64,000 nt of DNA, taken from positions 73,470,001-73,534,000 of the forward strand of contig OX597823.1 of NCBI GenBank assembly GCA_951406725.2, read 5' to 3'. Made by a program: the position numbers and the translations under genes. Below, piece by piece: positions 13,449 to 27,604 of the stretch. This stretch comes from Octopus vulgaris (taxonomy: Eukaryota). Within the stretch, counting starts at the first letter, position 1; each line of letters starts with the position of its first letter. The notes under the pieces were generated by a model that saw only the letters and a program-made list of their open reading frames with translations, was not told the DNA's origin and did not search any database.

Positions 13449-14621
13449 ATGTGTGTATGTATACATATAAATGAATATATGCATGTATATATCTATGTAG
13501 ATATATATAAGCATTTGTATATGTATAAATTGAGAATATAATCATTTAAATGATTTTATTAGTGGCCAGCGTATAATAACAGTCATATCGGTAAAATTAA
13601 TATTTGAGTATATCATTATTAATATATAATTATAAAATATATAATTATAATTAAGGCCCCGAAGGACAAACTTAGAGCGGTTTGTAGATATTTGACATCT
13701 AAGTTGTCCCTCCAGTGCCCTTAATTATAATTATAAATTTATATTTATATACTTAAATATGCATTTGTATATATATATAGAGAGAGAGAGATAGATAGAT
13801 AAATGCCACTTGATAAATGCTCACCTTCTTTTTCTCTTGATTCTCTTACCTGCTATTCTTCGATTTTAAACAACTCTAGAAGGAGATTTTGTCTACTAAA
13901 TGCTTAAATAGTCTCCCTTGATCAAATATATTGAACTAACAAGCGAGAGCCTAATCTTTTTGTAATTAGCATCGAAAATTCTACCCTGGGGTATTTTCTT
14001 TCTGCTAAATTAGAGATTTCTGCACATAGAAAATAAAAAAAAAAGTTTTTCTTTTTAATTCTGTATTCTGAATATAAACGAAAATTCCATTATCAATTAA
14101 GAGTTAGCTCTGTATTTTATGAGGCGAATAATATTCTATTATGTGAATACAATCAGTAGATATGTATAGAAAAAAACATTAAAAAAATGTAATTGTTAAA
14201 AATCCATTTACGCTATAATTAGTTCCTTTTGCTAAGAAAATCTTCGACTACATTAGCCTACTTTACGAAAATGTAGAATTAGTAAGTGATAATAAAAGAC
14301 AATTATTTACTGGACTAATCAATTAGTGATTCTGCGTGTTTTCTTCTTTAATTAAATATACATTACTGATTTTAATTTATTTCTTCTAATTTATAGTTAT
14401 TGTGAGAACATATTTGTATCCAATTTAATTTCAATTACCTAATATTATTGTATCATAACTTTATAGTATCTCTTTTATCCGTTTGCAGGTTTCATTCATT
14501 GAATTGAGGCTTCGGGAATTCACCTCTTTCGAAGGTTATTGTCGATTATACAGGACACCGGAATTATTTTAGTTCCGTGGGTATTTTCTAAAGTTTTGAT
14601 ATAGATATACTCACATTAGCA

Positions 14622-14661
<40 letters not shown>

Positions 14662-14677
14662 TATACACACACACACA

Positions 14678-14716
<39 letters not shown>

Positions 14717-14722
<6 letters not shown>

Positions 14723-15265
14723 TAATAAGTAAAATATATGCATACATACAAACATATATGTACTACCTACATCTACATGTATATATACATGCATATTTAA
14801 ATATATATACGTGTGTACAGGGCACCACAAATAGACGTAGAACTCAACGAGAAACGAAAAATTCCTTTGCAGGAATTTTATTTAATTCTTTCGCAGGAAG
14901 GACTAGTTCTGCGAGACGTGTTCTGTCCTCACCTTCGAAACACGCTGGAGTTGAACTAGGGACAGCTGATGAAGGGGATTTTCCTTGTGTAGTTGTCTTG
15001 TACTCTGTTTTTTCGTTGTTAAAAAAATGGTCCGTTCCATGCTGTTTTTACTTTTTCGTTTCTCGTTCAGTTCTACGTCTATTTGTGATGTCCTGTACAC
15101 ACGTATATATATTTATATATGCATGTATATATACATGTAGATGTAGGTACGTACATATATGTTTGTATGTATGCATATATTTTATTTATTACACTATTGT
15201 ATGACTGAGCGCCCTCGCGTCGATTCGATTCGATTCGTTTCATTTCGTTTCGTTTCTTCTTCTCT
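14717..15265 (+). mobile_element. Family H2 element with an inverted 5' duplication
   Basis: 14717-14861 is an inverted copy of 15052-15197. Flanked by (TA)n on both sides. Confidence 0.7.
14903..14986 (+). ncRNA. Candidate non-circularly permuted hammerhead (family H2)
   Basis: cgtg-TT-ctgtcc-tca-ccttc-GAAA-cacg...ggacag-CTGATGA-agggg, with an outer helix ctagttc/gaactag. Confidence 0.65.
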
Positions 15266-15270
15266 AAGCT

Positions 15271-15334
<64 letters not shown>

Positions 15335-15353
15335 AAAAATAAATAAAATAAAA

Positions 15354-15590
15354 GCGCCCTTTTAAAGCCTAGCCAGGCTCATGGGCCCGGTTTCAATGGC
15401 GTATGTGTTCCCCAGTTGGACGGGACGCCAGTCCATCGTAGCGTTACTCATTTTTGCCAGCTGGGTGGAGTGGAATAACGTGAAATGAAGTGTTTTGCAC
15501 AAGAACACAACGCGTTTCCCGGTCTAGGAATCGAAACTACAATCTTACGATCATGATGCTGACACCCTAACCACTAAGCCACACGCCCCC
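15354..15590 (-). mobile_element. tRNA-derived SINE family B
   Basis: Minus-strand head ggcgtgtggcttagtggttagg...tttcgattcc, and a gatggactggcgtcccgtcca segment resembling the V-SINE domain. Homologous to 33041-33247. Confidence 0.85.
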
Positions 15591-16473
15591 AAAAATATAC
15601 ATACAAGTTATATAAATATACGTATGTATATATATATATATATTGGTAAAGTCAGTGTATAAATTAACTCACTATTCCAGATGATACAATTACCAACACA
15701 GTCAATCTCTCACATTTAGTAAAATAATTTTCGACAAGGTATCTCTTTATTATGATGTGATAACAACTAGACATTTCAAAGACAAGAGTATCTACACTCA
15801 CCATTCGAATACCCGAGATGTTATTCTTTGTATACACCCTGGATTGACAATCATTTGCCATGATACTAGAAATGATACAAAGACCCGCCTAGAACTCACG
15901 ATACTCAGTATTGCTCTAATGTTCCAGAATCTATCAGTGCCGCCCACAAACTCCACAACATGGACCCAGAGGACTGTTCCATCCCAAAACCTTTCCCCAG
16001 AAAAATCAGTAGGTTTGATGCAGAAACAGTTATGCTTGTAGGTTATTTCAATGCCCATCACAAAGATTGGACTGGTAACCGGCCACCAGAATTACTGATC
16101 GTTATGCCCAACATACATATTGCTTTCGTTGATGACATGTAGTAATTGAATCAACAGACAGAAACATTACTCTTGACTTTGTTCAAATGGTCTTGTTTGA
16201 AGAAACTGCAACTCTAGTTCACTTAAGCTCCTCAAATTGTAGGCCTCGTATTTTGGCCGCAAAATTAAGTGTTCTGGTGTGCTGGAATAAATCATATTAA
16301 AGAGAAGTCTGATTCTAGAAAATAGAAAACTTTCTAGCCATGAATTACCACTTTATACCAGTGGTTCAGTCAATAAACCTGAAATGAAAATATAATTGTA
16401 ATATGAGCAACTAGGTGCCAACAATTATTTGTGATGCTATGCACACTGTAGTATCTCAAGACCAGTAAATTTA

Positions 16474-16780
16474 CTGGCGTGGATTAATTTCGAAACCACT
16501 TAAAGATTACGTAAAGTATACTAGCCATCTCAATATGGCTAACCACTAAGGGTGGGTGTTACTGTAGCTTTAAGCCCCATGAGATCATCGTCTCCAGCTG
16601 GCTTTAGGCACATTTTCTGTGCCCTTATGATATTTGCAAAGGGAGGTCACCCTCTCTCGTAAACCTAAGTGATACGCACGGACTGCAGTTTCGAGTTATT
16701 TGCCTCTTGTCAACGTACGGTAATCACCGGTTTTCGATGAGGAGAGACCTGTTTGCGAATATCTATTTAATGTTTTTCCG
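16474..16780 (-). mobile_element. Short HHR-bearing element, family H3, copy 1
   Basis: Shares sequence and layout with 50860-51165 (tagct..ccatgagatcatcgtctc vs tagctccaagaggccatcgcctc; gggaggtca). HHR at 16675-16719. Confidence 0.6.
16675..16719 (-). ncRNA. Type I hammerhead, U3-A8 variant
   Basis: Minus strand reads cgtacg-TTGACAA-gaggcaaataactc-GAAA-ctgcag-TC-cgtgcg: 6-bp stem I, palindromic stem III, GUC site. Confidence 0.7.
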
Positions 16781-16889
16781 TAATTGTCTGTTTCTATTTC
16801 ATTAGTGACTATCACCAGCAAATTAATGGAATCTGTGACTCAAAGCTCTTTTTATATATTTTGCAAAGCTCTTTTTATATATTTTGCCT

Positions 16890-17140
16890 GTTATCTTTTA
16901 CTTGTTACATTTATTAGACTGCGGATATGCGGGGGTATCACTTTGAATAAATTTAGTCGAATGAATCAACCCCAGATATTATTAATTGTTGTAAAACTTG
17001 GTACTTGTTCTATCGGTTTCTTGGCCGAAACGATCATTTAACGGGATGTAAACACACCAACACCGATTGTCATGCATTGGTAAAGGATAAATACATACAC
17101 AAATACACACACGCGCACACGTACACGCACAGACACACGT
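16890..17140 (-). mobile_element. SINE family A, diverged 3' half
   Basis: Matches the family A tail (tctatcggt...gccgaa...gtaaacacacca). Confidence 0.7.
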
Positions 17141-17341
17141 ACAATACTCATTTATTTTTATCAAAAAAATTAAAAGTTACCATAAAAGTATTATTATAAT
17201 TATCATAAATGTATTATTATGATTAATGACACTAAAAATATCAAAAATGAGGCTAATTTAATGTACCAATAATTGTAGTGAACAAAGAATTATAACATTG
17301 ATGTGATACTTACTGTATACTTTTGCACCCCCTGTATATAC

Positions 17342-17649
<308 letters not shown>

Positions 17650-17653
17650 CTGT

Positions 17654-17689
<36 letters not shown>

Positions 17690-17691
<2 letters not shown>

Positions 17692-17841
17692 GACGGGCTT
17701 CTTCCAGTTTCCACTTCCAAGGCTTTGGTCGGCCTCAGGCTATAGTAGAGGACACTTGCCCAATATGCCACGCAGTGGGATTGAACCTGGAACCATATAG
17801 TTGGGAAACTAGCTTCTTACTATACAGTCGTGTCTGCGCCT
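17690..17841 (-). mobile_element. SINE family A, 5' half
   Basis: cgacgggcttctt...gacacttgccca...tgcgcct matches the family A head. Confidence 0.8.
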
Positions 17842-18740
17842 ATCTATGACAAGCTAATCTTTAAAAATACAATTCGGCTTCCTACAAAGTCATAGCACAT
17901 ATATCAAGGTTAATTATCATTATTTTGGACATCAAAGACGCTTTAATAGTATTTAATACTATGATGTTGACACCAAATTCGAATCTAAGAGGTACACGAG
18001 AAACTGCTAAGTTGCCATCAAAGCTAATTTAGAGGTAAATCAGTCACCCTTTCATTTCAAAACATATGCACCACAGATGCAACACTCTTTAGTTTATTTG
18101 TTCTTCAAAACTCACTACTTTAGCTACATTTGTTCTCAGTTTTCATTGATAACGTAGATGCTGCAAATTAACTGTACTCTTACGCTAATGATTCCATGCT
18201 GCTCCAGAGTCCATCACAAGAGGTAACTCAACCTACCAGGTTTAGGCTTTCAAAGGACGAGTACACAGATGCCTCTTGTTACGCTCGTCATCAGAAATAC
18301 AGTGAAATAATGAAAGGCCCGTTAGAAACCCACAACCAACTATCGTTCATAATATCATGGCATAAAAAGAAGTCAAGTCTCTTCGTAACATGCTCATACG
18401 AGAAATTGATTTCATGAGACTATTCTGATCGTCTCTAATTGCAACACCCTCTCCTTCATCATCGGAGGTATGTAGCTGTTGTAACTAAGAAATCAATAGC
18501 ATTTGTAAATCTAATAGTAAATCAAATTTTGAAAATTCATACAGATGTATGGTGGTAGAAATTAGTTGATCATAAACTTAATTCTGGTTTTCCTTAAATA
18601 ATGAACATCGCAAAACACCCGATATCTCTACATCCTATTTATATTTATAGCATGAACCAACGAATGGGGTATTTATGTTGCTGATAGAAATAGTAGTCAA
18701 ATTTCATTCACATAAAACTTTACAAATATTAGCCAATGTA

Positions 18741-19400
18741 TAAGGTGCATTCGAGAAGTTTTGTGACTTTTTCAGAAGTGCAAAACTCTATTTTCCTTCA
18801 AAGTAGGCTCCTCTAACTTCAATGCACTTGTTGTCTCACTCCACCCACTTCGAGAAGGCCCCCAAATAAGTCTTTCAAATTAAGAATGACCAGGATACTT
18901 GTCACAGCCTCCTTCTTCTCTTTCAGCTTAAGGAACAACCAACGCTTACAGGGAGCAAGGCCTGAGCTGTAGGGAGGATGTAGAACAGATCTGATGTCCA
19001 TATCTGTCAAGTATTTGGTTACCACGATGGAAATGTGGTCTGGTGCACAATCCTGATACATGTATTTTGGCCATTTGCGACGAAATCTTTTCCTGAATTT
19101 CGTCAAAACCTCCACAAATTACTCTTTGCTGACTGTCTGACCGTCTGACCAGAGAGAATCCAGTGGATGTAGATGATTTCCATGCTGTTGAAAAAGGGGA
19201 TCATGAGATTCTTGTTGGACTTGCCCTCGGCTGGTCTCTTGCGCCAGAGAAAAACAGATGCTTGGCCTATATAACTTTATTCATAAGCAGTCTGGAACAT
19301 TTCATAAGTTTCTGAAGCATTTTTACCCAGTTTAACACAAAACTATACTGCATAACGAACCGCCAAGTTGTCTTCATATCCTGATTGCATTCTGCAAACT
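18741..19400 (-). mobile_element. Decayed mariner transposon
   Basis: ORF 18819..19115 has QDCAPDH and HPPYSSGLAPCKRWLFLKLK, corresponding to the mariner DNAPAH and HPPYSPDLAPCDFWLFPKLK motifs. Confidence 0.8.
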
Positions 19401-21664
19401 AATCCGATACGACAAGCAGTGGGGAATTTCAACCGTGTTTCGTGGTCTGCTACAACAACAGCTCCTTTAGGATCCAGTTAGCTCAAGACATCATCAAAAG
19501 GAACCACGTCCAGTTTCGGCCCCTGTTCCTCTACCGTTTTGACATGGCGGGCTCTTCCTCCTTTTGGAGTTGTCTTCAGCTCTTATGTTGGGTGCATGTT
19601 TTTCTTCTGTTCCCTGGCCTCTTCGATGAGTGTCAGCGGGCGACTGACTGTCTTGTCAAATTTCCCTTTAAATACCTGCTATTAGGCTCCAGCAGGCCGC
19701 CCCAGCAAGTTTTCACGTGACACTGTCTCAACTTTAACTGACCAATGGAGGGCGCGTAGTCTTTGCTCACTCATTCTCTAAACGAGACCATCACCTGTAA
19801 TCAGCGAAGCTAATTCAGCGTCAAGGTGTTGGTGCAGCTATTTCTTCAACCTAGAATAAAGTTGGCAAGTCAGCTTATTAGATTTATAGTAATGATATAC
19901 TAAAATTACAATAATCTCCTAAATATTTCTCAGAACGTCTAGAATCCACCTTTCTAGGTACATTAGTTCTTAAAGCAAGCTGGGTTGTGCATGGCTAGAA
20001 TGCCTTTGATCATGGGTGTAGTGGATCAGAACTAACCTGGAACAGGATTACAATAGTCTAGATGCAACTAGATGTTTGTGACGGTTTTAATGTGTTCACG
20101 GTTGGTGAAGCGCAGAGTGTATAACAAGATACAAACTATTGATTCTTCTTCAACCGATAATCCTGCTCTCTGTCGATTCCACTATATGAAATTCTCTAAT
20201 TGATTTGAACTCAAAACTGGAAGAGATGAAACTAAATATAAGCTATTTAATCCGTTGTCTCTATCATGTCTGCCTCTGCACGTTTCTTTCACTATATAAT
20301 GTCAATAAAACAAACATCAAGAGAAATGAAGTAAAACAGAATATGAAAAACAGTAATGACAACAAAAATGTGAAAATTAAATTAGCAAATAAATAAAATT
20401 ACCTTAAAATATTTAATAAAAAAATATCAAAATGAATTGAAATAAAAACGAAAGAAATTTTTAGCATGGAACTAAAAGTGAAATTATAAATATAACAATT
20501 AGACAGGAAATATAAATAAAACAAGACAGATAAAATGCGATTTACACTGAAAAGAGGTTTAAAATTTAATAAAAGTTTAATTGAAAAAATTTGAATTGAA
20601 AGGAAAATAAACTTGAAAATTAAAAACAGAATATAATATAATATAGATGAAATATTTTTGAAATAAAATTAGAAACAAATACAATTTAAAATAAATGTGC
20701 TATAATGATCTTCAAAAAATTTTGAAACGCTGAATAAAGGTAAACAAAATTAATTAACGTTTCAAATGAATTACTGAAAAATAATTTAATTAAAAAAATA
20801 CTGAATATCCTAGAAAATAAACATCAAAATAATAAAACAAATTTAATTACGCGTGTATAAATGTATTAGTGTTGATATAACCATATAAATATATATATAT
20901 TTATATTGATAAATAGAAAAATAATTATATTGATAATAAACATACTCAAGGCTGAACTCATTATGGGAAACAAACACTTTCATTGTGGACTGGCGCGCGT
21001 ATAAGATTTAATAGTAACTTTGAAACTTCACCATGTGAGGATTTTCAGACTGTCGTAACAAATGGGTGTCTGTTGCAAGGAATATGAAGTATAAACCTAT
21101 GTTAAATCTAATACAGTAAAGTGATAAGCGAATACACTCCATCCATGAATATTCCTTTTCATTTAAGATACGGTGCATCTAGACAAGGATATTAAAGATT
21201 CGTGAGTTTGATATTATAACCAGGATAGGGAATTGTCAATAGAAATGATGAAGAACTAATAGGAATGTTTGGCGTTATGCTTAATAAATACTTTAAATGA
21301 ATAGCCATATATAAGATGGTGATTATATAGAGCTGTTACTGTATGACAGATATTTACTGCATATAATAGGGAAAACCAAATCAGAGTGCGTGAATCGCAT
21401 GCAGCTACTTCCAACGTGCTGCTCGTGGTAATATATTGGCTGTTTGTTTTGTTTTTTGTTTGTTTTGGGATTTTTTTGGTGGGGATGGTTCTGTCCCTAT
21501 CAGAGATAACATAAAAGGTGAATATGAAAAAGCATTCAAGCATTATCATTATTGATTGAGTATGATCTTAGAATCTTACAGGATTGAAACATAAGATTAA
21601 CTTCCATGGTTACTAAAAATAGTTAAATAATTTAAGTCGTCATTTCAACACTAGATCTGAGAGA

Positions 21665-22077
21665 GTTTATGGTTAAGAAGCTCGATTTTCAACCATGTGG
21701 TTTGGGGTTCAGTTTCACTGCGTAGTACCTTGGGTAGGTGTCATCTATAATTTTGTGCTGACCAATGTCTTGCGAGTAAATTTGGTAGATGGAAACACGG
21801 TGGGATCCCGTCTCGTGTGTGTGTGTGTTTGTCTGTGTGCGTGTGTGCACGTGTGTATTTTTTAATATCTATCTTTGTCCATCCCCACCGCTTGAAAATC
21901 GGCGTTGGCTTGTTTACGTCCCTGTGAATTTGCGGTTCGGCAAAAGAGACAAATAGAATGAGTACTAGACTTGAAAAGGGAAATAAGTACTGGGGTCGAT
22001 TTGTACAATGTAAACCATTGAAAGCATTGCCCAAGCATGGCCACAATAAAGTGACCGAAACAAGTAAAAAAAGAAAA
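21665..22077 (+). mobile_element. SINE family A, diverged full-length copy
   Basis: Reverse-complement homology to 4366-4779 over the whole length. Confidence 0.8.
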
Positions 22078-22999
22078 TGATTTTTGCAATATATTACTAA
22101 ATAAAGGGGTGGAAAAGGCAACAGGATTAAAGAAATATCTGCTTTAAAGGGATTACAAAAGAATGTCAGACAACAGAGGTCATAAAAGGTTGGTAGTAAA
22201 TTATTTAGGTGTGTCGAAGGAAAGAGAATGATCACAAATAGCTTAGCTGGTCTAGGCTCGACATCACTCTTGTCATACATATACATTGGTTATGTAACAT
22301 AAGATGTTGAAAAAGAAGATTTTTTTTCATTCAGTGAGTTTTATGTGAAAACAGTCGCGTTTGATTCATGCTTTGTTGTTAGATTGTCATGTTAAAACTT
22401 GATGGTTTGAACTATATCTCCAGCTTAACATTTGATTTTCACTTCTTCTGTTTCAATATTTTAAATAAAACTATATTTTTATTCAGTTGGTTTCGTTGTG
22501 ACAAAATAGTTATATTGGTTTATGTTATAAATTCATATTTTACACAAATTATGCACAACATTTAACAATTTCTCTTGGAGCGTATACCATCAGTTCAAAA
22601 CGATTTCATGTTTTAATACTTTGGCTTCAGTTTGTCAGGCACATACAAGAACGGAGCCTGTACAGACCAATGAAGGAAACTCTATTTGGTCGCTCAATGT
22701 GCAAGAAATAACAATTAAATCATACCCAATTTTCTGAGGAAGATACGTTGGTTCATGTTTCCTCCACTTAGGGGGAAAACGCTACACCCATAGTAGGAAT
22801 GCTTTTGATCATTTATCTGCTCGATCAGAGTTGTTTTGAGGCTAAACAATATCAGCATCATAGTGCCAATGTAGTATATCTACTGCCGAAGCAAGTATCT
22901 GGAACTAAACGATATTAGCAACAAAACATTATTGCTCACGGTAGTGGTGTTAGAACCAGTTGTTACATTTTAGATATAAGCATTGTGTACAAGTGTCTT

Positions 23000-24060
23000 T
23001 GAAAATTTTGTGAAAATACCTTCATGAAATTGGAAATGTGAAAATATAAAAAGAACTTTAATAGTGAGCAAACACTTTTACATATACCGTCAAATGAGTT
23101 TAATCTTTGGGTCATTCAGTTAATGCAGACCAGTTATTTAAAACAAAATTCTAAAGCAAATAACAAAAAGCTTTTTATATGAATATTTTCCTCCTAAATC
23201 AGAATTAAGAAGAAACAAATGAACGGCGTTAAAATCATTAATCTATAGTCAACATACATTATTGATAATTTTCAGTATGCAAGCTCATACAATGATCAGA
23301 GATAGTCATATTATGTTATGAAATTTTGCTTGTGCTAAACACCATATTGTGATGAGGAATTTGGTAAGAAGAATACTGGTGGAGTTGTTGCAGTGTTATA
23401 TACAAAAAGAAACCCAGAACTTCAGTGATTAATAGCACAAATATCAACTTTATGCCACATTCTAAAGTGTCGTATCTCCAAAACAAGGGCTGATAATGCA
23501 GGTAAAATGGAAAATTATTTAAAAAACTCCTTTACATTCAGCTTATCACTTAAATAATCTATAGATTACTATAGCAGTATTTGTTTCTTACGATTCCTCT
23601 GCTATCACTATAAAGAAAGTAACATTAAAACAAACGTGGTGTTAACTTTAAAAATGAGCTTAGCAAAGCCTTAATAAAACCTGGTGTTTTATTGAACAGA
23701 ATCATCAGCGTTGCATCAGACGGAGCAACTACAATGATGGGGAAATGCAGTACATTTCAATTAATTGTCTTCAATAACTAGCTGCCAGATAATCAAGTAT
23801 GAAGGTCTTATGAAATTCATCTACAAAACTTATAATTCCATACGCTTAAGTGTGAAGACCCAACGACATCTCAGAAATTTTATTTAAAACACAGAAGCCT
23901 GAAGATAGACCGAGTACTGTTTTTTTTTTTTCAAGCACATTCTAAAGTAGCTGTCTACTAGCATTGTCTTGGGTAGGTTTGGGGATCTTTTGGAGCCGAT
24001 TATTACCTGGAAGAAAAAATTATTACTTGGACTAACAAAAATAAACACATTGTCAACTGC
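23000..24060 (+). mobile_element. Possible decayed hAT transposase remnant
   Basis: Position 23701 onward translates IISVASDGATTMMGKC, resembling the hAT (T/S)DGAxxMxG catalytic segment. The rest is heavily degraded and the boundaries are approximate. Confidence 0.4.
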
Positions 24061-24089
24061 AAAAAGATATCCCTTGCTGGTATAATGTT

Positions 24090-24425
24090 GATTAAGATCT
24101 CCTTTGGTCATGACTGACCATGGGATTGCACCTAGAAAGTTACCCTCCCAGGCACGAGTCCGGACAAGGTTGTTTATGGAAGACCAGTAGTCGCCTATGC
24201 ACACTGGACTCTCCTCTCCACACCACCAATGTTACCCAAGGGAAAGGCAACAGCAGATACAGCTTGACACCTGTGACGTCGTGACTCATTTCTGCAGTTT
24301 AGTGAACTGGAGCAACGTGAAATAAAGTGTCTTGCTCAAGAACACAATACGCAGTACTGTCCGGGATTCGAACTCACAACCTCACGATCGTAAGCTCGAC
24401 GCTCTAACTACTGAGCCATACACTT
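24090..24425 (-). mobile_element. tRNA-derived SINE family C
   Basis: Reverse complement of 30421-30760, with B box gttcgaatcc. Confidence 0.85.
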
Positions 24426-24499
24426 TCACTTGGTATAATGTATCATCAACAAATTAAGAATTTGGCAACCCAGACAGAGGAGAATATTGTTTCCGAGCT

Positions 24500-24676
24500 A
24501 ATCTTTAACTTGTTTAATCATTAGATTATGGCCATGCTGGGGTACCGCTCTGAAGAATTTTAGTTGAACGAATCTACCCAAATACTTATTTTTTAAAACT
24601 TGGAACTTACCCTAGCGGACTCTTTTGCCGAACAGCTAAGTAACGGGGATGTAAACACACGAACAGCGATTGTCAA
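24500..24676 (-). mobile_element. SINE family A, 3' fragment
   Basis: ggccatgctgg...cttttgccgaacagctaag...gtaaacacac matches the family A tail. Confidence 0.7.
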
Positions 24677-24979
24677 AAGTTTCCAAACGACAAAATTGTG
24701 AGGAAACTTCAGTTACTTAAATTCCTATTCTATCCTAACATATGAAAAATGACAAGAAGTTTGCTTCCCAACCACTTGATTCTGACTTCAGTCTGACTGC
24801 GTGGCACCTTGGGCAAGTATCTCAGAAAAAGAGTAAATGCATTCCCTAGTATATTGAAATAAAAGACTTCAGACTGGAAGAAGAATAACATATAAATTAT
24901 AAAAGGCTATTTTACAATTATTTATCTAAGTTTGATAACTTGCTGAAACTACCTCTAGGATAAGGGTTCGGAGTTTATT

Positions 24980-25202
24980 TTAGTCTTTTATTCTTTTATT
25001 TGTTTCATTCATTTGACTGCGGCCATGCTGGAGCAGCGCCTTTAGTCGAGCAAAGCGACCCCAGGACATATTCTTTGTAAACCTAGTACTTATTCTGTCG
25101 ATCTCTCTTGCCGAACCGCTAAGTGATGGGGACGTAAACACACTAGCATTGGTTGTCAAGCGAAGTTGGGGGAACAAACACAGACACACAAACATATGCA
25201 AA

Positions 25203-25234
<32 letters not shown>

Positions 25235-25399
25235 CGACGGGATTCTTTCAGTTTCCGTCTACCAAGTCCACTCACAAGGCTTTGGTCGGCCTGAGACTAT
25301 AGTAGAAGACACTTGCCCGAGTTGCCACGCAGTGGGACTGAACCCGGAACCATGTGGTTGGTAAGCAAGCTACTTACCACACAGCCACTCCTGCGCCTA
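24980..25399 (-). mobile_element. tRNA-derived SINE family A, full length
   Basis: Colinear with the other family A copies. Confidence 0.9.
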
Positions 25400-25939
25400 T
25401 AAAAACCTATAAAACAGCTCCCTTAATTTGAAAATGAAGGTTTCGTTTGTGGCAAACAACATTATGAAGTGAAGCGGATGTATTGTGGTACTAAGTTAGG
25501 ATTGAAATGTGTTATGATTTTAAATTCATGTTTTAAATAAAGTATTTTATTCATATGTTGCAAAAAAATTTTTTTATTTAACTTAAATAGTTGTAAATCT
25601 TTATGTATACAAATTACAGTAATTTATATCTAATTAGTAAGAATGATAGACGTATTTCTAAAGTAATAAAATTAACAACAATTTCCTATTTATTGCTAAC
25701 CGATTGAAAACAGCAAAGAAAAGAGTAACAATATATTTTTCTAGACAAAACATATCTTTATGGGTTTCACACTAAAACCAATAATTTGTAACATATACGA
25801 TTTACATAGTATCCACTACCATTAAAAAGCCATATATTACTAAGAAATTAAGTGTTGATTGCTATCAAAATAGATTATATTTGGAACCGTACATACCCAT
25901 ACACCCAACACATATATTTGCGATAATTGCATTTATGAT

Positions 25940-27446
<1,507 letters not shown>

Positions 27447-27455
27447 TTATTATTA

Positions 27456-27528
<73 letters not shown>

Positions 27529-27539
27529 CATTATTATTA

Positions 27540-27601
<62 letters not shown>

Positions 27602-27604
<3 letters not shown>

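Larger units (their letters stand above)
15780..16850 (+). pseudogene. Decayed APE-endonuclease/RT LINE remnant, interrupted by an HHR element
   Basis: VMLVGYFNAHHKDW (GDFNAHH-like endonuclease motif) in ORF 15960..16142, and ISLVTITSKLMESV (PISL..SKLME RT motif) in ORF 16784. Confidence 0.55.

Noticed and set aside
14467-14586. Possible host exon after the acceptor-like tcttttatccgtttgcag
   Set aside because: No convincing donor site and no recognisable protein; needs RNA-seq.
17160-17338. Tc1-like terminal sequence ttttgcaccccctgtata
   Set aside because: Only one end is visible, with no partner TIR or transposase.
20200-20950. Extremely A-rich stretch as a structured element
   Set aside because: Low-complexity sequence with no resolvable unit or boundaries.
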